The translations under genes and the position numbers were made by a program. The notes under the pieces are model-generated. The model saw only the letters and a program-made list of their open reading frames with translations, was not told the DNA's origin and searched no databases. Shown here piece by piece: positions 10,458 through 20,257 of a DNA stretch of 64,000 nt; the stretch's first letter is position 1; every line of letters begins with the position of its first letter. This stretch comes from Candidatus Ryanbacteria bacterium RIFCSPLOWO2_12_FULL_44_26 (GTDB lineage: Bacteria > Patescibacteriota > Minisyncoccia > Ryanbacterales > HO2-45-13), in contig MHOA01000007.1 in the NCBI GenBank assembly GCA_001821765.1, positions 9,565 to 73,564 of the forward strand. The letters run 5' to 3'.

Positions 10458-11039
10458 TTGATTATGAAGAAGATATTATATATCGGCGTGGTAGTTGTAC
10501 TGCTTACCGCTGGTATTGCGTTTATGTATAGTGCATTGCCCGTAGCAATGGTTGATGGAGAACGCATACTGTACCGCGATTTTCGCAGATATATACACGC
10601 TGTTGAACGGTTCGAGAAAAGCTCTGAAGTATTTGGCGAACTAATACCGAGCGGCTTTAAGTTTGCGGAGTTGTCGGATAAAGAGCTTTCCCGGGCAGTG
10701 CTTACACAGCTGATTACCGATAAAGTCCTTGCTGACGCGCTTGAACATGAGTTTGATCCGACAGTGAAAAAAGATCTTACTCTTTATTTGCAGGAAGTTA
10801 TTGGCGGAAAAGATACAGCGGCGCTTCAGACTGCATCCCGGCAGATTTTCGGACTTAACTTTAACATGTTAAACAGAATGATACTTTTGCCGAAAGCGCG
10901 GGAAAATGTATTGCGCTCGGTTGTAGAAACACAGGGCGCTCATTACAATGAGTGGGTTGCTGATCATCTTACTGCCGCCACTGTGAGGGTTTATTTTCTT
11001 CCGTATCGGTGGCAAAATGGAACGTTGGTGGATAAATAA
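10458..11039 (+). CDS. SurA N-terminal-domain-like exported chaperone
   Basis: N-terminal TM, PVAMVDGERI, VLTQLITDKVL, C-terminal AATVRVY; no PPIase domain. Confidence 0.6.
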   Translation: MIMKKILYIGVVVVLLTAGIAFMYSALPVAMVDGERILYRDFRRYIHAVERFEKSSEVFGELIPSGFKFAELSDKELSRAVLTQLITDKVLADALEHEFDPTVKKDLTLYLQEVIGGKDTAALQTASRQIFGLNFNMLNRMILLPKARENVLRSVVETQGAHYNEWVADHLTAATVRVYFLPYRWQNGTLVDK

Positions 11040-11044
11040 CGTTT

Positions 11045-11118
11045 GCGGAATTAGTTTAATGGCAGAACACGACCTTCCCAAGGTTGAGGCACGGGTTCGA
11101 TTCCCGTATTCCGCACCA
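11045..11118 (+). tRNA. tRNA-Gly(CCC), CCA encoded
   Basis: GCGGAAT/ATTCCGC acceptor stem, anticodon loop TTCCCAA, GTTCGA T-loop, 3' ACCA. Confidence 0.95.
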
Positions 11119-11181
11119 AGATTGTACAGGCAGGAATTTTGCCCACTGATTTGGTGGGCAAAATTCCTGCCTGTACAATCT
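11119..11181. repeat. Perfect 28-bp inverted repeat filling the whole spacer between two convergent tRNAs
   Basis: AGATTGTACAGGCAGGAATTTTGCCCAC (11119-11146), 7-nt loop, exact reverse complement at 11154-11181. Confidence 0.95.
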
Positions 11182-11257
11182 TGGAGCCGATGGTCGGATT
11201 TGAACCGACGACCTATCCCTTACGAGGGGATTGCTCTACCAGCTGAGCTACATCGGC
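11182..11257 (-). tRNA. tRNA-Thr(CGT), CCA encoded
   Basis: Reverse complement GCCGATGTAGCTCAGCTGGTAGAGCAATCCC-CTCGTAA-GGGATAGGTCGTCGGTTCAAATCCGACCATCGGCTCCA. Confidence 0.95.
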
Positions 11258-11438
11258 AAATGATTTTTCGGGACTGTGTTGCTAAGCTACTGCGGTATAA
11301 CATGTGAGAGCAAAAGCATTGTTTTGCAGCTTACAAAGAGCATATTCTACAAGACAACACTACCGTAGCATAAAAGTTACTGTAGTTAAATCCCTTGCAG
11401 CTCTTCCTTATTTATGTGAAAAGCGTTACCATAGTTTC

Positions 11439-12534
11439 ATGGATCAGATGGAAAAGGCAGTTGAAGCGTTACAGGATAAAATCCGCCTCACGGCGGACTG
11501 TCTTTGACCTGTCCGTAAAACAAGAGGAGTTGCACAAGTTAGAGCAGGAAACACAAAAGGAGGGATTCTGGCGTGATCAAAAGCACGCGCAAGAGTTAAC
11601 GAGCCGAATTGCTGAACTGAAAGAAGACTGCACAAGATGGGAAAAGTTACAAAAGGACACCTCCGAATTGCTTGAGCTCGCAGCGCTCCATGACGAATCT
11701 CTGGCTGGTGATATAGAAGATCGTTATAACGCTCTTTACAAAGAATACGTTGATGCTGAAAAGAAACTCTTTCTTTCCGGCCCCCACGACAAAGGTAGCA
11801 CAGTCGTTTCGCTGTATGCAGGCGCTGGTGGGCAGGATGCCGAAGAGTGGGCTGCGATCTTGTATAGGATGTATACGCGGGTTTCTGAGCGGAAGGGTTG
11901 GAGACACACAATACTTCACGAACATAGAAACGAACACGGGGGGTTAAAAAACGCAACGATTGAGATGATAGGGCCATATGCCTACGGGCTTTTAAAAAAA
12001 GAGCGTGGAGTGCATCGTTTGGTGCGCATATCGCCTTATTCTGCAAAGAAATTGCGCCATACAAGCTTTGCCTTTGTGGAAGTGCTCCCAGTGTTTACGG
12101 AAACTGGTAATATAGATATAAAAGCAGAGGATCTTGATGTATCCTTTGCGCGCTCTTCCGGCCCGGGGGGACAAAATGTGAATAAACGTTCCACCGCAGT
12201 TCGTTTGATGCATAAACCCACTGGCATACAGGTGCATGTTGATTCCGGGCGTTCGCAGTCGGGTAATAGGGAAAAGGCGCTTAAAATTCTTGAAGCAAAA
12301 CTGATGCATGTTATGGAAACAACGAAAAAGAAGGAAGTCGAATCCATTAAAGGAGCAAATCCGGTAAAAATTGAATGGGGCAACCAGATCCGCTCGTACG
12401 TTTTTCATCCCTATAAACTTGTAAAAGATCACCGGACCAATGTTGAAACGTCCAGCGTTGATGAGGTGCTTGATGGAGTTATTGATGCATTTATTGATGC
12501 GGAAATTAGACTGGAAGTGGGGACAAAAAAGTAA
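11439..12534 (+). CDS. prfB: Peptide chain release factor 2 with a programmed +1 frameshift
   Basis: ORF0 MDQMEKAVEALQDKIRLTADCL ends at CTT TGA C (11502-11508); the +1 frame has GAGGQDAEEW, GVHRLVRISPY, RHTSFA, GPGGQNVNK and WGNQIRSYV. Confidence 0.95.
11502..11508 (+). promoter_or_regulatory. RF2 autoregulatory +1 frameshift site CTTTGAC
   Basis: Canonical slippery/stop heptamer joining the two prfB frames. Confidence 0.9.
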
Positions 12535-12737
12535 AAGCCCAAAAGCAACCCCGCCATTTTTTGCGAGAGTACATATGATAACAAGCAGAACAATTATTCA
12601 TAACAAAAGCGCAACAGGGTGTCTTGTCCGTCAAAGGATGAGCTCTGCACACACGCACCTCGCGAGGCGTAGAGCGGTAAAAAATGCTTGGGGTGTTCAG
12701 GGTTTCATTTTCACTGCCATTTAATAAATTTTTACAC

Positions 12738-13418
12738 ATGATATACTTTGAAAACGTTTCAAAAATCTATAATGCAATTTCCGTAGCTCTTGAGAATATT
12801 ACGTTTTCTGTTGAGCCGAAAGAGTTTGTTTCTCTTGTCGGGCAGTCAGGCGCGGGGAAGACAACGCTTATTAAGCTGCTGCTTGCCGAAGAATACCCAA
12901 CGGAGGGGAGCGTGTTTTTTGAATCGTTGGACGTTCATCGGCTCCTTTCCGAAGAGCTTCCTATGGTTAGAAGGCGCATGGGTACTATTTTTCAGGATTT
13001 TAAACTGCTCCCCGCCAAGACCGCTTATGAAAATATTGCCTTTGCTATGGAGGCTTCCGGGAGAACCAATGAAGAGATAGCGTCGGACGTTCCGCAAATT
13101 CTGGAACTCGTTGGGCTCTCGGACAAGGCGGATAACTTCCCACACGAGCTTTCAGGCGGCGAAAAACAGCGCGTTTCCATTGCCCGCGCGCTTATTAACC
13201 GGCCGGACGTGATTATTGCGGATGAGCCGACCGGAAACCTTGATCCATTAAACGCCTGGGAAATCGTGCGGTTGTTGGGTAAAATTAACGATCTGGGAAC
13301 GACGGTGCTTCTCGCGACGCATGATAAGGATGTTATTAATGCCATAGGAAAGCGCGTTGTTACCATGGAAAAAGGAAAGATCATACGCGATGAAAAAAAA
13401 GGGAGATACGTGTTATAA
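12738..13418 (+). CDS. ftsE: Cell division ATP-binding protein FtsE
   Basis: [36 protein letters not shown]; directly upstream of ftsX. Confidence 0.93.
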   Translation: MIYFENVSKIYNAISVALENITFSVEPKEFVSLVGQSGAGKTTLIKLLLAEEYPTEGSVFFESLDVHRLLSEELPMVRRRMGTIFQDFKLLPAKTAYENIAFAMEASGRTNEEIASDVPQILELVGLSDKADNFPHELSGGEKQRVSIARALINRPDVIIADEPTGNLDPLNAWEIVRLLGKINDLGTTVLLATHDKDVINAIGKRVVTMEKGKIIRDEKKGRYVL

Positions 13419-13421
13419 ACT

Positions 13422-14327
13422 ATGATTGTTACCTATATCGGAAGAGTTATCAAAGCGGGATTTACCAGTTTTTGGAGGAACGGTTCTGTTTCTTTTGCAT
13501 CCATTCTTGTTATGGTGCTTGCGCTTTTTATGATAGGAAGCCTTCTTTTTTCCCAAGTATTGTTAAGAGCAACACTGGATGCGGTAAAAGGCAAGATTGA
13601 TATAAGCGTGTATTTTAAGGCAACAGCGTTGGAAGGTGAAATTGCGAGCTTGCAAGCTTCTCTCGCGGCGCTTCCGGAGGTTTCGGAGATAGAATATATT
13701 TCCCGGGAGGATTCGCTCGCGATATTTAGAGAAAGGCACCAAAATAACGCTCTTATCTCGAGTTCACTTGAAGAGCTTGGTGAAAATCCGCTTGGAGCGG
13801 CACTCAATATTCGCGCAAAAAACCCCCAGCATTATGAAAACATTGCTCTGTTTCTTGAAGAGGGCAATTTTCCCGTTATCGATAAAGTAAATTACCGAAA
13901 GAACAAGCTTGTTATTGACCGCCTCACCGCGATTATTTCAGGGTCGCAGAAAGTCGGCATCGGAATTACCGTTGTTCTGGGAGCCATCGCGATGCTCATC
14001 GTGTTTAACACGATTCGGCTTGCGATTTTTACGTCAAAAACCGAAATAGAGATCATGAAACTGGTTGGAGCTTCGCGGCGCTATATCCGCTCGCCCTATC
14101 TGGTGGAAGGGTTTTTATACGGTGCAGTAGCGAGCATTGTTACAACGCTGCTGTTCTGGCCGCTTACGTATTGGCTGAGTCCTCGTGCGGTGCAGTTTTT
14201 CGGGTTTGATTTATATTTGTACTATATTGCCAATATTTTTCAGTTCTTTCTTCTTTTGTTCCTCTCCGGCGTCATTCTTGGAGTATTTTCCAGTTTTATT
14301 GCAACAAGGCGATATTTGAAGGTGTAG
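13422..14327 (+). CDS. ftsX: Cell division permease FtsX
   Basis: [47 protein letters not shown]. Confidence 0.92.
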   Translation: MIVTYIGRVIKAGFTSFWRNGSVSFASILVMVLALFMIGSLLFSQVLLRATLDAVKGKIDISVYFKATALEGEIASLQASLAALPEVSEIEYISREDSLAIFRERHQNNALISSSLEELGENPLGAALNIRAKNPQHYENIALFLEEGNFPVIDKVNYRKNKLVIDRLTAIISGSQKVGIGITVVLGAIAMLIVFNTIRLAIFTSKTEIEIMKLVGASRRYIRSPYLVEGFLYGAVASIVTTLLFWPLTYWLSPRAVQFFGFDLYLYYIANIFQFFLLLFLSGVILGVFSSFIATRRYLKV

Positions 14328-14443
14328 AAGATAAAGGTTTTTTCTGTTTATAGGGGGGGTTGCAAAAAAATTGAATAGAGTGTAGAGTAGTACACAAAAA
14401 CCGCATGGTGCGGTTTTTGTGTTCTTCGAAAAAGGAGAAAGAG

Positions 14444-16126
14444 ATGAAGTTGGCAATGAAATTGTTGGTTGCCGTCGCGCTCATCGTGTGCGCGTCAGCC
14501 GAGGCGCGCGCCCAGGCGGGTACGCTTCCGCTCGATCACTTCATGTGCTACAAGGCGAAGCCGCCCAAGGGCACGCCAAAGTTCGTGCCGATCTCCGAAG
14601 TCATGCTCTGGGATCAGTTCGAGCGCGTAACCTTCGAGGTCAAGAAGCCGCTTGGCATCTGCAATCCGGCGCAGAAGTTTGAAGAACCGGTCTACGATGC
14701 CAAAACGCACCTGAAGGCGTACGCCATCAAGGCGATGCGCGACTCGGCAAAGCCAACCGAGCGCGAGTCGCTTGTGAAGGATCAGTTTCACAGGAACGGC
14801 CTTCGCATGTTGACCAAGCGCGCGCAGATTCTGCTCGTGCCGACGAGCAAGGATCTCGGCAATGTCGTGCCGCCTCCGCCGGATCCCGCGACGCACGTGG
14901 TGGATCACTTCATGTGCTACAAGGCGAAGCCGCCCAAGGGCATGAAGTGGGACAAGGTGACTGGAGTGAAGGTGGAGGACCAATTCCTTCAGCCAAAGCT
15001 CTACAATCTTCTACCGCGCTGGCTCTGCAACCCGGCCGACAAGTACTGGCAAGGCAAAGTTGAACCGCGGCACATTCCGCAGAGACATTTGCTTTGCTAC
15101 ATTGCGCGCCCCGCAAAGGGTCAGCCAAAGCATGAGCCGCGGCGCGTGAGTGTCAACAACCAGTTCGGCTCCGAGGTACTGGATACGGTCAAGGAAGATA
15201 TCTTCTGCATCCCCGCGGAGAAGGAGATCATTGTCCCTCAGCCGACCTGCGGCGACAACGCCGTCAATCAGGCAAGTGAGCAGTGCGACGGCGCTGACGA
15301 CAACGCATGCCCAGGCCAGTGCAAGCCGGATTGCACTTGTCCAACGACGGAGCCATTCTGTGGCGACGGTACGGTGAATCAGCCGAGCGAAGAATGCGAT
15401 CCCCCGGGATCGGTATGTGCTGGTGGGTTCGGCATTTGCAGTACAGACTGCAAGTGCAATGAGACAGACATCTTCTCGGCCACCACCGCTCAGGTGGAGG
15501 TGCGCTTTCCAAACGGCGCATCTGAAATCATCAATATGTCTGGGCCGACGACTGTAGAGGTTCGGCTTGGAGGTATCAGCGACATGGATGGTGACGGTCG
15601 TGAGGAGGTTGAGACCGAGATGCTGCAGCTCGAGCTCACGGGCACAAGCCCAATGCTTGGGCCGGTGAATGTTCGTCTGAATCCGACCATGCCGAGCCGC
15701 GGCATGATCAAGGAGCAGACGAACAATACGCCGGGCGTACTTGATCTGCCGCCGCTTGCGCCGTCAGGGTTGGCTGACTCGTTTTTCGATGTGTTCTTTG
15801 ACATCGAAGTGGCGGGCCAGACCCTGCACAATCAGCAGCCGAAGCACATGCGGACCGTGATCACGCACAAGCCGCCGGCGGAAGGCGAGACCTACGAGGA
15901 CCCGACGCCGATCGAGCTTTATGATGAGAACGGCCGGCCGACTGGTATCACGTTGGTCGGCGCGCACCACACACCCAATCCACCGCATGATCTTTGCGGC
16001 AACGGGCGAGTGGATCCGGGGGAGCTCTGCGACTGGTCGGCGAACCCGCCGACTTGCGCGTGTTCTACACTGGTGGTGGTCGGTTCCTGCGGGAACGATT
16101 GCCGGACCTGCTACGGCTGTCCGTAG
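14444..16126 (+). CDS. Secreted Cys-rich multidomain protein (DHFxCY repeats, CGDG/CGNG disulfide repeats, ADSFFDVFFDIE domain)
   Basis: AAGGAG SD upstream of ATG 14444; signal peptide ending ARA; DHFMCYKAKPPKG occurs twice; three CG(D/N)xxVx..E.CD repeats; visibly more GC-rich than its flanks. Confidence 0.75.
   Translation: MKLAMKLLVAVALIVCASAEARAQAGTLPLDHFMCYKAKPPKGTPKFVPISEVMLWDQFERVTFEVKKPLGICNPAQKFEEPVYDAKTHLKAYAIKAMRDSAKPTERESLVKDQFHRNGLRMLTKRAQILLVPTSKDLGNVVPPPPDPATHVVDHFMCYKAKPPKGMKWDKVTGVKVEDQFLQPKLYNLLPRWLCNPADKYWQGKVEPRHIPQRHLLCYIARPAKGQPKHEPRRVSVNNQFGSEVLDTVKEDIFCIPAEKEIIVPQPTCGDNAVNQASEQCDGADDNACPGQCKPDCTCPTTEPFCGDGTVNQPSEECDPPGSVCAGGFGICSTDCKCNETDIFSATTAQVEVRFPNGASEIINMSGPTTVEVRLGGISDMDGDGREEVETEMLQLELTGTSPMLGPVNVRLNPTMPSRGMIKEQTNNTPGVLDLPPLAPSGLADSFFDVFFDIEVAGQTLHNQQPKHMRTVITHKPPAEGETYEDPTPIELYDENGRPTGITLVGAHHTPNPPHDLCGNGRVDPGELCDWSANPPTCACSTLVVVGSCGNDCRTCYGCP
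14534..14942 (+). repeat. 40-bp identical intragenic direct repeat
   Basis: GATCACTTCATGTGCTACAAGGCGAAGCCGCCCAAGGGCA at 14534-14573 and 14903-14942. Confidence 0.9.
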
Positions 16127-16184
16127 CGAGCCAACACGGCCACTTTCTCCTAAATTAAACTTGGCGGTCCGACCGCCAAATCAG

Positions 16185-16222
16185 CCCCGGGGCGCATCCC
16201 ACGCGCCTCGGGGTATTTTTTT
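16185..16222 (+). terminator. Intrinsic terminator
   Basis: CCCCGGGGCGC...GCGCCTCGGGG followed by TATTTTTTT. Confidence 0.75.
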
Positions 16223-16369
16223 GATATTGATGCTGTACTGTAGATGGTTTCCTTAGACGCGGCTATAAGCTATAAGCCGGGAAAGGAGCGGCTGATATGC
16301 TGTATGCAATGTTTGCGTCGGTTTCGGTTTTGGCGTTGCGGCTTCTCTCGCCGCCGGCGCCGGTTTCAA

Positions 16370-16796
16370 AGGACTGCGCTTGTTCAATAGTTCCCAGCGA
16401 TCCAGCGTGCGTTTGACCGAAAACAGGCTTACTACAATTCCATCGTTGAGTAGCCCTCGATGGACAACTTCTGCGCTTCGTTTGACCTTCTTTCTCTTTT
16501 CTATGATTGTCCAAATCATTTCCTGTGATAATTCCTTTGGGTGATGATGAGGCCGTGATGATTGTGTGGTATCCGCTGCCATCCTCCGGTCGGGTCTTTT
16601 TTGTACCATTGTACTATTGTCCCTTGTGCATAACCCAGATGACAAGCGGCCTTTCTGGCACTCCAGTCCCTGTATTTTACGAGGCGGACTGCCTCCATGC
16701 GAACAAGAGGCATCTTGGGATTGGTTGTATATGGCATATGCATATATTCTTGCACAGGGTGATTCCAAGCTGTTGAACCATAACGGGGGGTTGACA
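16370..16796 (-). mobile_element. IS481-like transposase remnant (frameshifted, DDE domain missing)
   Basis: MPYTTNPKMPLVRMEAVRLV...WSARKAACHLGYAQGTIVQW (HTH, ATG 16737) continues in another frame as SSRPHHHPKELSQE...VSLFSVKRTLDR; putative element end starts TGTCAACCCC at 16796. Confidence 0.7.
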
Positions 16797-16819
16797 TAGC
16801 TATAATAGCATGCTACACT
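16791..16819 (+). promoter_or_regulatory. Sigma70-like promoter whose -35 lies in the putative IS end
   Basis: TTGACA (16791-16796), N17, TACACT (16814-16819), with TG of an extended -10. Confidence 0.6.
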
Positions 16820-16896
16820 CCTTCCCAGTCGCACTTTATATAACCTGCCTATGAGGTCAATGACCAGTAGGCCAATAAATAGAAGGAGGGCCAGTA

Positions 16897-17436
16897 ATGG
16901 CGCCAAGTAACGATTTTCCTCCGCTCGATCTCGTTTTCCGTCGCGTCCAAAGGCGCGACAAGCCGGGCCAGAAGCAATGGCAGGCTTGCCGAAAGGGGAA
17001 TACTGCCACTGTTGTCTACACTCCGGACGACACCTCTCCTGATCCGGAAGCCGAGAACGAGCGGTGGCGGTGCGAGGAGGGACGGACAATCTTCAACGGG
17101 AATGACCTGCAGATTGTCTCGGTACATCTGCAGGAAAAGCTCCTCACCTATGGGGAGGTGGTGAAGCTTTGTTTCGAGCTCGTCGAACGCGGGAACGGCA
17201 AAGGAAAAAGCTGGCAGGCGCGCCGGAATGAAAACGGTGTCACCACCATTTTCGTCCCGGACAAGCGCGGCCCGCAACCGACCTCCTCGGACACGTTCTG
17301 GGAGGGGACGGTATCCTTTCTCGTTTACCGGAGTGATAATGGTTTACTCCGGATCGTCGCTGTTCAACTTGCCAAGGAGTTGATCAGTGAACGCGGAAAA
17401 CGGCGCCGTGATCGGAAGAAGGCGGCCAAGGTGTAG
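16897..17436 (+). CDS. Hypothetical protein made of two tandem ~75-aa repeats
   Basis: AAGGAGG SD; KQWQACRKGNTATVVYTPDD...LQIVSVHL versus KSWQARRNENGVTTIFVPDK...LRIVAVQL; followed by a terminator. Confidence 0.7.
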   Translation: MAPSNDFPPLDLVFRRVQRRDKPGQKQWQACRKGNTATVVYTPDDTSPDPEAENERWRCEEGRTIFNGNDLQIVSVHLQEKLLTYGEVVKLCFELVERGNGKGKSWQARRNENGVTTIFVPDKRGPQPTSSDTFWEGTVSFLVYRSDNGLLRIVAVQLAKELISERGKRRRDRKKAAKV

Positions 17437-17440
17437 CATG

Positions 17441-17482
17441 TGCCCCGGGTGTGGTTTGAACCACGCTCGGGGCAATTTTTTA
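17441..17482 (+). terminator. Intrinsic terminator
   Basis: TGCCCCGGGTGTGG...CCACGCTCGGGGCA plus T tract. Confidence 0.75.
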
Positions 17483-17784
17483 TTATCGCATTATTCTTTT
17501 CCGAACAATTTTCTAAGTTTCGTTCCCGCTTGCTCAAGAATTTGTTTTTGATTTTTTTGGATGAATTTTTCCCGTAGATAATGATGTTTTTTGCTTTCCG
17601 CGCCATAGCATTTCGGTTTTACGTGATGTTATATTTTAATTTTTAACTTGGATAGTTATCAACAATGTTTCTCGACAGGAAGTAATACATATATTACCCT
17701 TAAAAAAGGCGATGTTCGTTTCCTTCGTTCCATGGCTCGAGGGAGGGTTCCAATATATGATTGTGCCCTAAAAACCCAATAGCT

Positions 17785-17821
17785 GGGCCGCCCAACTCGC
17801 AACCCTTGGGCGGCCCTTTTT
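17785..17821 (+). terminator. Intrinsic terminator with no convincing upstream CDS
   Basis: GGGCCGCCCAA...TTGGGCGGCCC followed by TTTTT. Confidence 0.7.
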
Positions 17822-18181
17822 ATTTGTTTTACTTTCATGTTCTTGAGCGTATGAGAGCAAACTTTCGTTATGAGCAGGAAATCGGTTTCTTGCTGTTGCC
17901 GATAGACATTTCTTCTTTGAATGTTATAGGCGCAAAACCGGAATCTTTGAGGCGTGCGCTTAAAAGACCTTCAAACTGCCCGGGCACACTTGAGTGGAAA
18001 TAGCGAGCTTCATTTGGTAATGGTTTTTTCAAACCACGGGTAATAACGGACTACTTTCTAATTCATCGGCTTCAACCCCTTCCTCTCATAATATCTCTGG
18101 ATTGAAAACTGGCTTGTCTTTGAAGAAAAACTCAAAATAAAAAATCTTTATAGTGCACAACTATTATGTTACATTCAAACT

Positions 18182-20257
18182 ATGCGGTATCTCAAAACCC
18201 ATTGGAAAGTAATAATCGTGGCGTTCTTTAGCGTATGGGCGGTATCGCGCACAATGAGCAATCATATTCTGTTTCTCTACGAGGCCCAGAAGTCCAATAT
18301 TGTTGTAGATCGAAATGGAAACGAAATTCTCATAAAACCAAACACTAAGGGGCACTATATGCGCCCCGTGGAGTCTGTTCCCGATGAGTTCTCAAAACAA
18401 CTCATAGCAAAAGAAGATCGCTTTTTCTACTACCATTTAGGGGTAAACCCTGTCAGCATCGTTCGTAGCCTTGCGAGCTATATTTTTACAAGCCGTTTTT
18501 CGGGGTCAAGCACGATTACCCAACAACTCGTTAAAAACCTCCTGGGCAATGAAAATGAGAGAAACATAAAAAATAAACTTGTGGAGATGCTGTATGCAGT
18601 AAGCCTTGAACTAAATACATCAAAAAAAGATATCCTCCAAATGTATTTTGACTCAGCATATTTCGGGAATCAATCCGAGGGCATTGTTGAGGCCTCAAAA
18701 TTCTACTTTGACAAAAATACTCAATCTTTAAGTACAATCGAGACTCTCCAGTTGCTTGCAACTTTAAACTACCCAGCAGATGGGCCACGGACACGCAGAA
18801 ACGATGAACGGGTTCTCGCCCTCGCAAGTCGTTTTGAACTCGAAATAGATGGGCAGACTTTAGCTGACACGCCGGATCCTACATATCAACGAAAGAGTGA
18901 AAATATATTTGAGCTCTTTTCCCTCTACAACTGCGAGACCTCGTGCAAACTCAGTATCGATAGCAATCTTACAAGCACTCTTCGAGAAGTACTTAAGAGA
19001 CATTTAGAAGGTCCGGCGTACGAGAGTGTAAAAAACGGCGCAATCGTTGTTATACGGCTGGACAAGACTAAAAATACAAACGAAATTCTGGCCATAGTAG
19101 GATCTCCATACCCTCATGTATCGCGCGATGGATATCAAATCAATATGGCAACCAGGCCGCGTCCCATAGGATCTACATCAAAACCATTTATATACGCAAA
19201 AGCTTTTGAGTCAGGAGCTCGACCTTATACAATTGTCGAGGACAGAGAATACAAGTACGACATTGGTACAGGATTTGCATTTTATCCAAAAAACTATGAT
19301 GGCAAATACCACGGCCCTGTTACTTTTCATTATGCACTCGCAAATAGTCTTAACGTGCCCGCGGTACGTGTATTGCAGTACGTGGGACTTGAAAACTTTG
19401 CGGAATTTTTAAGAGAAAAACTCGATTTTCGACCACAACAAGAACTCGAACAATATCAATTGAGTATTGCTCTTGGTGGACTTGAGATGGATTTACTTGA
19501 TCTTGCTCAATACTTCACCATTTTTCCAAATGAAGGAATACTAAAGCCACTTGCCATCAGCGAAAATCAATATCCAGAATTGCCAATGATGACACAACCC
19601 ATTATAGGAAGAGAGGCCTTTGATTCTGCTTATGCTCAGTTGGTGACAAAAGTGCTTTCTGATCGGACAACGGGCGTCGATCAGTTTGGTCTCAAAAGTA
19701 ACTTAAATTTACCAACACAAAACTATGCTGTAAAAACAGGCACGACATATGATTACCACGATAGTTGGACAATTGGCTATACACCTGATTTTGTCGTTGG
19801 TGTTTGGCTTGGCAACAGTGATAATACGGCAATGGAACACCTTTCAGGATCGGTTGGTGCTGGGAAAATCTGGCACGATGCGATGAATATTCTTCTAAAC
19901 TCTCCGTATAATTCAAGCAGGCAATTTAACTTTGATGAGGTTGTAGAGTATTGGGATGAAAATACCATAGAATACGGGCTTTGGGGAGATGATTACGAAT
20001 CAATAAAAAGACTCCTCGATTATGAAAGCCTTGTTTTAGAGCCTCACCATGGTGATACGTTGCAATTGGAAAAAGGAATGAAAGTGCCTTTCAGCGCAAG
20101 CGAGGTGGCACGTTGGTACGTCAATGGCGCTCTTATTGGGACGGAATCACAGATAACATGGGAGCCACAATCTGAAGGAAGTTTTAACATCACCGCAGAG
20201 AGTTTCGATGGAACAATAGAACGTTTAACGATATCAATTACTGCGAGAGGATTCTAG
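18182..20257 (+). CDS. pbpC: Penicillin-binding protein 1C-like (transglycosylase/transpeptidase)
   Basis: EDRFFYYHLGV and GSSTITQQLVKN (GT51); STSK, SLN and KTGT transpeptidase motifs; PbpC-type C-terminus; adjacent to an alpha-2-macroglobulin. Confidence 0.85.
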   Translation: MRYLKTHWKVIIVAFFSVWAVSRTMSNHILFLYEAQKSNIVVDRNGNEILIKPNTKGHYMRPVESVPDEFSKQLIAKEDRFFYYHLGVNPVSIVRSLASYIFTSRFSGSSTITQQLVKNLLGNENERNIKNKLVEMLYAVSLELNTSKKDILQMYFDSAYFGNQSEGIVEASKFYFDKNTQSLSTIETLQLLATLNYPADGPRTRRNDERVLALASRFELEIDGQTLADTPDPTYQRKSENIFELFSLYNCETSCKLSIDSNLTSTLREVLKRHLEGPAYESVKNGAIVVIRLDKTKNTNEILAIVGSPYPHVSRDGYQINMATRPRPIGSTSKPFIYAKAFESGARPYTIVEDREYKYDIGTGFAFYPKNYDGKYHGPVTFHYALANSLNVPAVRVLQYVGLENFAEFLREKLDFRPQQELEQYQLSIALGGLEMDLLDLAQYFTIFPNEGILKPLAISENQYPELPMMTQPIIGREAFDSAYAQLVTKVLSDRTTGVDQFGLKSNLNLPTQNYAVKTGTTYDYHDSWTIGYTPDFVVGVWLGNSDNTAMEHLSGSVGAGKIWHDAMNILLNSPYNSSRQFNFDEVVEYWDENTIEYGLWGDDYESIKRLLDYESLVLEPHHGDTLQLEKGMKVPFSASEVARWYVNGALIGTESQITWEPQSEGSFNITAESFDGTIERLTISITARGF

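Noticed and set aside
11395-11504. TTG start of the 379-aa prfB ORF in the track
   Set aside because: The N-terminus comes from ATG 11439 in another frame via the +1 frameshift.
16253-17089. 278-aa minus-strand ORF as a real gene
   Set aside because: It is a composite of the antisense of gene 16897 and the second frame of the IS remnant.
17819-18150. Minus-strand gene fragment (LLSARLKDSGFAPITF...)
   Set aside because: Broken in all frames and too short to assign; possibly a pseudogene remnant.
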